A stretch of DNA of 63,249 bases, counting the filler, from Deltaproteobacteria bacterium (GTDB lineage Bacteria; JACQOV01), in assembly GCA_016202395.1 (NCBI GenBank). It is 3 parts of 3 records of this genome, joined end to end, with 100 filler letters (N's around TTAATTAATTAA, not from the genome) between each part and the next. Parts side by side here need not be neighbours in the genome. Positions count along the whole stretch, not along the records: positions 44,837 to 63,249 come from JACQOV010000059.1; 2 more parts are not named here. One strand, 5' to 3'. How positions within the stretch are numbered: position 1 is the stretch's first letter; each line of letters opens with the position of its first letter. Of the stretch, positions 56,238 through 63,249 are shown in pieces. The position numbers and the translations under genes were made by a program. The notes under the pieces were generated by a model. The model was not told where the DNA came from and searched no databases. It saw only the letters and a program-made list of their open reading frames with translations.

Positions 56238-56945
56238 TTGAAGAACTCCCCACTCCATTGTCAAACTTGCGCAAGTCGCGGGACGAGCGTTTTCTGCGAT
56301 GTCACCGAGGAACATGCTCGTGAAATCGATCGTTCCAAAACCACCAATAGTTATAAGCCCTACCAAGTCATTTTCTATGAGGGGAACGAACCTTTTGGTG
56401 TTTTTTGTGTTAACTCCGGAAAAGTGAAGATCTATAAGATGGATACCAATGGGCATCAACAGATTGTTCGACTATCCGGAGCCGGGGACATCATCGGTTA
56501 TCGGTCTCTTTTGAGTAATGAGCCTTACCATGCGACTGCAGAAACGTTGGAGGAGGCCACGATCTGTTTTTTCGACAAGAAAACCTTTTTCCATGTTTTA
56601 GAAACTCACCCGACCACCGCTTTTCATGTGATGGGCCTTCTCGCTCGTGATCTTCGACATGCGGAACAACAGATGGCCAGCATCGCCCACAAGAACGTTC
56701 GAGAGCGCCTCGCGGAATTGCTTCTGGTCTTCCGCGTGAAGTACGGCGAGAAAGCAAAAAAGGGGATTCGATTGAACATCTCGCTCAGCCGAGAGGAGTT
56801 GGCGGAGCTGATTGGAACCACCCAAGAATCGGTCATTCGGTTGATCAGTGAATTTAAGCAAGATGGGCTCATCGATGTTCAAGGGCGGGAGATCACATTG
56901 TTAGATCTTCCTCGTCTCCTCTCCACCGCGAACCTGCCTGAATAA
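56238..56945 (+). CDS. Crp/Fnr family regulator with N-terminal Cys cluster
   Basis: CQTC-x8-C, cNMP barrel, HTH LSREELAELIGTTQESVIR. Confidence 0.93.
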   Translation: MKNSPLHCQTCASRGTSVFCDVTEEHAREIDRSKTTNSYKPYQVIFYEGNEPFGVFCVNSGKVKIYKMDTNGHQQIVRLSGAGDIIGYRSLLSNEPYHATAETLEEATICFFDKKTFFHVLETHPTTAFHVMGLLARDLRHAEQQMASIAHKNVRERLAELLLVFRVKYGEKAKKGIRLNISLSREELAELIGTTQESVIRLISEFKQDGLIDVQGREITLLDLPRLLSTANLPE

Positions 56946-56953
56946 AAGAAAGT

Positions 56954-57811
56954 TTAGAGGTATTCTCGCATCTTTTGGAGTCGATCGAGAAAAAAATCTC
57001 TCCCCCAAACCTCAATCGTCTTTAATTCGGGAGCCTTAAGAAATCGGGCGACATCATTTTTAGCCGTTTGCCAATCGATCGATTTAATCTTTTCCTTCAT
57101 TTCCTTCAGGTACCATTCCTTATCAGCGATAAGTTGGATTCCTTCCCAATGGCCTACCTGTCGGCAGGCGTTCGTCAGAAATTCAAAATTAATCGGTGTT
57201 TTTCTGCTGACATACCAAACAAAGTCGTACCAATCCCTCCCCTTCACATATTCACGACACAAAAGGGCATGGGATTTCCCTGCGAAAAGGCTGGGAAGGT
57301 CTTGAAGGGTCACGGGGAATGGGAATGGAAAATCAAGATATTTGGTTTCAAACCCTCCTGCTTGAGGAGGGTTGCTGTCGACCTCGAGTTTGACTCTCAA
57401 GCTTTTGGGTTTCCTATCGGTGGGGAAATGTTTCAGCGTCAACACCTTGCCGATGGAGTCCTCCTTTAAGAATGCTTTCCTCACGTTCTCATCCGCTTTG
57501 GACCGATCTTGAACGGTGATGGTGATTCCGTAGGTTTGAAATTCTTCTTGTAAAGCATGAAGATAAGGAGCGAGTTGGAATGAGGAATCGCTTCTTCTGA
57601 GTAAGAAATCGAGGTCTTCTGAGAATCGCTGTAAGCTGTAGAAAATTCTCAGAGCTGTTCCTCCTTGAAACGCAGCCTGTTTAAAGAAATCAGTTCGACT
57701 TAAACCGGCTAAAGCGATCTCTTGGAGAATTTCCTTCAAGGAATGCTCCTCTTCTTGCCAGGTTGAGCATTGATAACTCTCTAATCTCTCTTGGAGGATC
57801 CTCACACTCAT
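56954..57811 (-). CDS. type IV TA toxin, AbiEii-like
   Basis: FQGGTALR, RFSEDLDF, KSHALLCR..KGRDWYD. Confidence 0.9.
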   Translation of the reverse strand: MSVRILQERLESYQCSTWQEEEHSLKEILQEIALAGLSRTDFFKQAAFQGGTALRIFYSLQRFSEDLDFLLRRSDSSFQLAPYLHALQEEFQTYGITITVQDRSKADENVRKAFLKEDSIGKVLTLKHFPTDRKPKSLRVKLEVDSNPPQAGGFETKYLDFPFPFPVTLQDLPSLFAGKSHALLCREYVKGRDWYDFVWYVSRKTPINFEFLTNACRQVGHWEGIQLIADKEWYLKEMKEKIKSIDWQTAKNDVARFLKAPELKTIEVWGRDFFLDRLQKMREYL

Positions 57812-58443
57812 AGTTTTAGATCCTTTCTTACCCCTTTGAAGAACTTTAATACTCGACGACTCCGGAATGTTTCTTGGATCTCTTCAAGCTCGCGGGGATC
57901 TGTTTGTGTCAGAAATTCTTCATCGATTCGTAGCGATTGCATCAAGGGTCGAACACCTCTCCAGTCTTTTTTGTAGGCGTATACCATATCCGCGAGCGCC
58001 TTCCAAGGTTTGGCGATGAGATAAACAATTTTCCCTTCGGTTTCTCGGACCACCCTTGTTAAAAAAGGATCGCAAGGAATTCGGGTGTAACTGAAGAGGC
58101 CCAAAGGGATGTCCCAGTGTCGAGATCGTTTCAAGGAGGCTGATGTAATCGTGTGAACGGCTTCGGGGATCCAACCGTGTTGCGATAAGGCCGATTCGAA
58201 GCTGATGTACGAGGGGCCGTAGATCTGCTGGGCCAGCCAAAACAGATTTAGGGGTTGACGTCGGTATCTTTCAGCGAGACAATAAAGCCCCCTTCGAATG
58301 TGGATCAGTTCCTTGTGAGCGAGCGCTCTTTTGATGAGGCCGTACCGTCGGTTCGGACTCCCCTTCAGGAGGTTCATCAACTCCGTGTCACGAAAACAAT
58401 CGAAAGGAATCTGCTCCCGGATAGGTTCGATGATCTTGCTCAT
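57808..58443 (-). CDS. type IV TA antitoxin, AbiEi-like
   Basis: IRRGLY, PSYISFESAL..HGWIPE, PWKALAD. Confidence 0.88.
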   Translation of the reverse strand: MSKIIEPIREQIPFDCFRDTELMNLLKGSPNRRYGLIKRALAHKELIHIRRGLYCLAERYRRQPLNLFWLAQQIYGPSYISFESALSQHGWIPEAVHTITSASLKRSRHWDIPLGLFSYTRIPCDPFLTRVVRETEGKIVYLIAKPWKALADMVYAYKKDWRGVRPLMQSLRIDEEFLTQTDPRELEEIQETFRSRRVLKFFKGVRKDLKL

Positions 58444-58446
58444 TTT

Positions 58447-58510
58447 TGTAAGATACTGTTATTTTATGACAGTTTTTAACAAAGATAGTGCATTTTGTGG
58501 CTCTTGTCAA
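58447..58510 (-). promoter_or_regulatory. sigma70 promoter and imperfect inverted-repeat operator of AbiE operon
   Basis: TTGACA(58510-58505)-17 bp-TATCTT(58487-58482); imperfect 35-bp palindrome 58447-58481. Confidence 0.7.
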
Positions 58511-58748
58511 GTCAGGCTTCCAAAGACTCAGCTGAGCAGAAATTGAAGGTCCTCGGAGGTCCAGTTTCGCAGGAGGCTTGCATGCTTTTCATGAATGACC
58601 CCGCTTGAATTGTTGCGGCGCCGCAACAATTGCGCGTTTACATATCCCGTTCACCCTAAGCCTAAAGAGATTAATAGGGCGCTACACTAACACACCGCTC
58701 CTTTCTTTTCGACAGGGAATTTGATAGTTGCATGGGGTTGGAGAGACT

Positions 58749-59798
58749 TTGAGTATATTTTCCAAGACATTTATTGTGGCGCTATTTCCTTCGTTTGTTT
58801 TCGCGAAGACGGTTTATGTTCATTTGGATTATCTCGGATCTTTAAATCTAGTGACCGGAGAGTCTGGAGAAGCGCTTCAGAAGTTTTCCTATGATCCCTT
58901 TGGGGAAGTTGAAGAAGATTCCTGGCCGCCAAACCCATTTCCTCTTTACGCTACTTATCCATGGGACAGAGAAAGCGCTCTCTATAACGCTTCGGCCCGC
59001 TCGTACGATCCCATCACCGCTCGATTTCTCTCTCCCGATCCTTATCTGGGAATATTTCGATCGGATTTTGAGCCGACTCGTCCTAAAAGTTTAAATCCCT
59101 ATTCTTATGTTCAAAACAATCCCGTGAATGGGATCGATCCTCAGGGTCTCTCAGTGGAGTCCCTCGGCTGGGGGAATTTTAAGGTAACACCTCACTTCAC
59201 CTATAGGATGGCGCTCACGCCCGAAGGAATTGGGGTTCGTGTTCAACTGGGAGGAGGGTTTAGCTCTGAAGGAGAGAATGAGGTTTTAGAAACGTTAGTA
59301 GAGCTGGCGGGGGTCTTTCCTCATGAGATGGAGATTCTTCTGAGATCCGACTTTGAAATCATCATCAGTCTGGCCAATCTCAATGATGTGGGAAGGTTTC
59401 TAGGGTATGAGGAAAGAGAAGGGGTGGTGGGAGCGGGTTTCACCGTGTGTCAAGCCCCTTATTGTATCGTCTCGTTGGGGAATCTGTTTTTTGGTCGGGA
59501 TTTGAAGACTCCTGAGGAGAGAGTTTTATTACGAGGGATCGTGGCTCATGAGGTTTTTGGACATGCGGTCGATGGAGTTTGGGAGGGGGCGATGAGTCTG
59601 AGGGAGGAAGTGGGGGAGGAGCAAGGGAGAGACAATGAGAGGCGAGCTATTGCGGTTGTGAAGACCACATTACCGTTATTAGCCCAGGATCCTGAGGAAG
59701 AGGGGAGATTCCAGCAAGCTCTGGAGGCTTATGAGGATCATTTAAGGACAGGAGATGTGACTCCGATGCTTCTCTTTTTAAAGGGGGATATGCCCTAA
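58749..59798 (+). CDS. RHS repeat-associated core protein with C-terminal HExxxH domain
   Basis: HLDYLGS, YDPFGE, ARSYDP, RFLSPDP, YSYVQNNPVNGIDPQGL, VAHEVFGH; start TTG 58749 or 58728. Confidence 0.85.
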   Translation: MSIFSKTFIVALFPSFVFAKTVYVHLDYLGSLNLVTGESGEALQKFSYDPFGEVEEDSWPPNPFPLYATYPWDRESALYNASARSYDPITARFLSPDPYLGIFRSDFEPTRPKSLNPYSYVQNNPVNGIDPQGLSVESLGWGNFKVTPHFTYRMALTPEGIGVRVQLGGGFSSEGENEVLETLVELAGVFPHEMEILLRSDFEIIISLANLNDVGRFLGYEEREGVVGAGFTVCQAPYCIVSLGNLFFGRDLKTPEERVLLRGIVAHEVFGHAVDGVWEGAMSLREEVGEEQGRDNERRAIAVVKTTLPLLAQDPEEEGRFQQALEAYEDHLRTGDVTPMLLFLKGDMP

Positions 59799-59953
59799 GG
59801 ATTCCAATATTGTTTATTTTCATAGAGTTATACAAATTCGCGCTGATCGGCGCGAATTGGGATGATGATGATCTGCGTGTGCGAATTGGAGTTTAAAAAT
59901 CTGTTTGCTTTTCAATAAATTCTGTGATATTAGGGAAACACTGGCTGAAAACT

Positions 59954-61495
59954 ATGGAATCCACCAAACCCATTCGAAAAATCGCGCTTATTTCTCCCAA
60001 TCCTCGATTCCCGGATTTTGAAGGTCGTTTGGTGATGGCTGAAAATACCCTTCCACTCATTGGCACTGTTCTGAAGAATGCAGGTTATGAGGTCGAGGTT
60101 TTTATGGAGCGGATTGCTCCGATTCCGTGGGAACGAGTTTTGGAAGCAGATCTTGTGGGTTTCTCTGCAATCACCTGCACGGTTAACCGCGTTTATGAGA
60201 TGGTTAAAAAAATTAAGGCCCACAAGGATGTTCCCACCGTCTTAGGGGGTCCTCATGCTTCGATGATTCCGGATGATGCGGTTCGGTATGTGGATTATGT
60301 GGTGAGGGATGAGGGGGAAGAAACCATCATAGAATTATTGGAGGCTCTCAACCATGGAGGGGATATCCGTGGTATCCAAGGGATTTCATACCTCAAAGGT
60401 GGCAAGCCCCACCATAATTCCCCGAGGGAACTTGTAAAGAATTTGGATACGATTCCCGATCTTTCGTTAGTTCATGGTTACGATCGATTGAATCCCATCC
60501 AATTACTTTTCAAGGGAATAGGTCATTTCCATTTCTTGGAGACTTCTCGTGGCTGTCCTTATCCCTGTAAGTTTTGTTGGCGGATTGGTGGCAAAACGAT
60601 GCGGCATCGCAGTCCTGAAGTTGTGATTGAGGATTTAAAAAGAAAAACAAGATTCTTCCCAGGTTTTCCGAATTGGGTTTTTATCATTGACAGTTATTTT
60701 GGAGTGAATCGACAGAAATCGAAGGAGGTATTGCGACAAATCATTCAAAGTGGAGTCAAAGCTCGCTCGTTCGTATTTGCTCGATATGAAATAGCAGAGG
60801 ATCTAGAGATGCTGGATCTTATGAGAAAAGCGGGTGTTATGTGGATATTCATGGGGATAGAGTCCATCAGTGATAATACCTTGACTCATTTCGATAAAAA
60901 ACAAACCATTGAAAAAGTAAAAAAATCTCTCAAGATAATTCGTAGTTATGGAATTCATGTGTGTGCTAGTTTTATTTTGGGGAATGATGAGGATTCTTCT
61001 GATACTTGGTTGAAAACAGTTCAGTTTGCTAAAGACAATGAGGTTACTTGGGTTATGCTGAATATATTGACTAATTTCCCGAGTGGCCATGAGGAATTAA
61101 TTCCATCTCATAGAGTATTTCAAAAGAATTGGGATTATTACAGTGGCCAATTTGTTCTTCACTATCCTAAAAATATAAAACCGAGTGAACTTCAAAGTCG
61201 AGTTTATGATGCCTACCGTTACTTTTACTCTAGTCGGGCGATTTTAACGAATCTTGCCAAAGGAAAAATAACAACTGCTTTTTTCCAAACCTATTGTCGC
61301 TTTCGGATTAGACCCTTCCTTGAAAAAATGAAATTTTATATCCCTTATTTAAAACAGATTGAAGATGGATTGTACGATGCGTCAGGTTGTCTGATAGAGT
61401 CAAAATTGATTTCACTTAAGAAAAGAGAGGCGGTTCCTTCTTTTAATCGACAGCCTATGGAGTCTGATCTCGAAGTAGTTTCGCAAGTGGCATAG
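59954..61495 (+). CDS. B12-binding radical SAM protein
   Basis: VLGGPHAS, EGEET, TSRGCPYPCKFC, GIES; start ATG 59954 or GTG 59924. Confidence 0.92.
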   Translation: MESTKPIRKIALISPNPRFPDFEGRLVMAENTLPLIGTVLKNAGYEVEVFMERIAPIPWERVLEADLVGFSAITCTVNRVYEMVKKIKAHKDVPTVLGGPHASMIPDDAVRYVDYVVRDEGEETIIELLEALNHGGDIRGIQGISYLKGGKPHHNSPRELVKNLDTIPDLSLVHGYDRLNPIQLLFKGIGHFHFLETSRGCPYPCKFCWRIGGKTMRHRSPEVVIEDLKRKTRFFPGFPNWVFIIDSYFGVNRQKSKEVLRQIIQSGVKARSFVFARYEIAEDLEMLDLMRKAGVMWIFMGIESISDNTLTHFDKKQTIEKVKKSLKIIRSYGIHVCASFILGNDEDSSDTWLKTVQFAKDNEVTWVMLNILTNFPSGHEELIPSHRVFQKNWDYYSGQFVLHYPKNIKPSELQSRVYDAYRYFYSSRAILTNLAKGKITTAFFQTYCRFRIRPFLEKMKFYIPYLKQIEDGLYDASGCLIESKLISLKKREAVPSFNRQPMESDLEVVSQVA

Positions 61496-61538
61496 TATCT
61501 TAGCGGTTCTTTTTGAATTTCAAAATGGAGGTTTTATA

Positions 61539-63249
61539 ATGGTACGGATTGTGCGTTGGGTCTTGAATCACCCTGCGGCGTTTATATTGATGGTTTTATT
61601 GCCCACTCTATTTTTTGCTTGGCAACTCCCAAAATTAGAAGTCAATAGTGATGTGCCCGCCATGTTCCATTCTGATGACCCTGATCTTGTCTACTATGAA
61701 GGATTCTATAAAGAGTTTGGGAATGAGGAGTTCTTTGCGGTTCTGTTTCGGTGTGAAGATGTATTCGACTTGCGAATTTTGAGAATGATTGATCGCTTGA
61801 CTAAGCGATTTGAAGAATTACCAGGCGTTAATCAGGTCTTTAGTGTCACAAGCTTTAGCTCTGCTTATAATAAGGGGGACACGCTTGTTGTAGGGGCTTT
61901 GGAAGATGAACTTTCATATCTACAACCTTCAGATATGGAATCAATCCGAAATCGCATATTATCCGATCCTCTTTATCAGAAAGTCACTATTGTTCAGAAA
62001 GATGGAAAAGGTGCGAGTATTAATATTGCTCTCGATAAATTAGCTAGCCAAAAGTACAAAAAGAAAGTCGCCTCAGAAATACGGAAAATCATAATGGAGG
62101 AGGAAAAAAGAGAAGGGATCAAGATGATCATGGGAGGAATCCCTTTTTATCTTGTGTCTGCAGATGAAGCCTTTATGCGAGATAGTCGTCTCATGGTTCC
62201 TGTCCTTGTAAGCATCGTCTTTTTTGTCCTTTTCTTAATTTTTCGAAGTTACTGGCTTCCATCGGTTCCATTGATTGTTGCTGGCATAAGCATTGTTTGG
62301 ACTTTTGGCTTCGTCGTGGTTATGGGAAAATTTATAACCTCCATTTCAGAAATCGTTCTACCCCTCATTTTAATTTATGGAATCCTTACTTCGGTCCATT
62401 TTCTGAGTGCTTATCGGCAGATGGTCTTGAAAACTCAAGATCGGCGTGAGGCCATTCTAAAAACCGTGGCTCATATCACTCGGCCCTGTTTATGGGCGAG
62501 TGTGACAACGGCGATAGGATTTCTGTCACTTCTCACCAGTTCTGTCACAGTTATCCAGGATTTCGGTTTGTACGCATCGTTTGGAGTGATGGTTTCTTAC
62601 TTGTTAACATTTACGTTCCTTCCGTTAGGTCTGGATTGGTTAGGTTGGAAGATGCCATCCCTGGTAAAGAATAAGAGCGGATCCTCTATTCAAGAGTTTG
62701 TGGAAATCATATCGGGGTTAGCTGGTCGATATTCTAGATCCATCGTGGTTGGAACGGTAGGAATCATTGTCCTTTTTGTTTTTTGGATGGGCAGAGTGAC
62801 GGTGGACACAAATTATCTAAGTCTTTTTAGGGAAGATACGGAAGTTATACAAAGTGAGCGGCTCGCTTCAGAGTTTTTTGGTTCGTGGGCTCCCATTGAG
62901 TTTTCTGTGCGGTATAAAGATGGAAGAGACGTTTTGGATTATGCTGCATTACAGGAAATTGCAAAGTTACAAACTTACTTAGAAAGTTTTCCTCCCATAG
63001 ATAAAAGTCTATCCGTTGCTGATATGTTAAAGAAAGCGAATCAGGAACTTCATGGTGGGGATCCGAATTTTTATGTAATACCTTCCGATAAAATGGCCAT
63101 TGAGCGGTTAGCAATATTTATGCAGGATCTCGGGGGACGGAAAGGTTTAAGCAGTTATCTCGCAAATGACTGGAGTCGAATGCGTTTAACGGCTCGTAGC
63201 CATATCTTACCTTCAAAAGAATTCGTAGCGCTTTTTGAGGAAATTGAGA
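61539..63249 (+). CDS. MMPL/RND-family transporter, runs off window (absent from the ORF track)
   Basis: SD GGAGG then MVRIVRWVLNHPAAF...PKLEVNSD...DDPDL..Y..F.KEFG; later TTAIGFLSL and IQDFG motifs. Confidence 0.85.
   Translation, partial: MVRIVRWVLNHPAAFILMVLLPTLFFAWQLPKLEVNSDVPAMFHSDDPDLVYYEGFYKEFGNEEFFAVLFRCEDVFDLRILRMIDRLTKRFEELPGVNQVFSVTSFSSAYNKGDTLVVGALEDELSYLQPSDMESIRNRILSDPLYQKVTIVQKDGKGASINIALDKLASQKYKKKVASEIRKIIMEEEKREGIKMIMGGIPFYLVSADEAFMRDSRLMVPVLVSIVFFVLFLIFRSYWLPSVPLIVAGISIVWTFGFVVVMGKFITSISEIVLPLILIYGILTSVHFLSAYRQMVLKTQDRREAILKTVAHITRPCLWASVTTAIGFLSLLTSSVTVIQDFGLYASFGVMVSYLLTFTFLPLGLDWLGWKMPSLVKNKSGSSIQEFVEIISGLAGRYSRSIVVGTVGIIVLFVFWMGRVTVDTNYLSLFREDTEVIQSERLASEFFGSWAPIEFSVRYKDGRDVLDYAALQEIAKLQTYLESFPPIDKSLSVADMLKKANQELHGGDPNFYVIPSDKMAIERLAIFMQDLGGRKGLSSYLANDWSRMRLTARSHILPSKEFVALFEEIE

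Overview
Bacterial genomic sequence of roughly 50% GC (by eye). Gene content and order look deltaproteobacterial; the taxon cannot be fixed from sequence alone. Two artificial 100-nt linkers (19694-19793, 44737-44836) split it into three pieces, so adjacency across them is unproven. Piece 1: a REC-GGDEF cyclase resembling Hypr/GacA with unusual substrate-site residues, vapBC, hisS, a PyrR-attenuated pyrR-pyrB-pyrC-carA-carB operon, recG, a TA pair, lipA, alaC-hom-thrC and glpX. Piece 2: an ECF sigma/zinc anti-sigma cluster, gatCAB, pcrA, glmUS, AbiE TA, rlmE, an esterase, glpK, and a 6069-bp unit bounded by a 183-bp direct repeat of the glpK 3' end. That unit carries a secreted tailspike-like fibre gene with a sigma54-type promoter plus intact and decayed TA modules. 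Piece 3: Moco genes, a VIT1 transporter, a Cyc2-like heme-porin operon with two monoheme cytochromes and two NapC/NirT-like proteins with a CX4CH site, ahbCD, an Fnr-like regulator with five candidate boxes, AbiE TA, a minimal RHS gene, and a B12-radical SAM plus MMPL start. Several palindromic repeat families occur, three times in frame inside conserved genes (carA, gatB, ahbD). Family calls come from motif recognition, not database searches.
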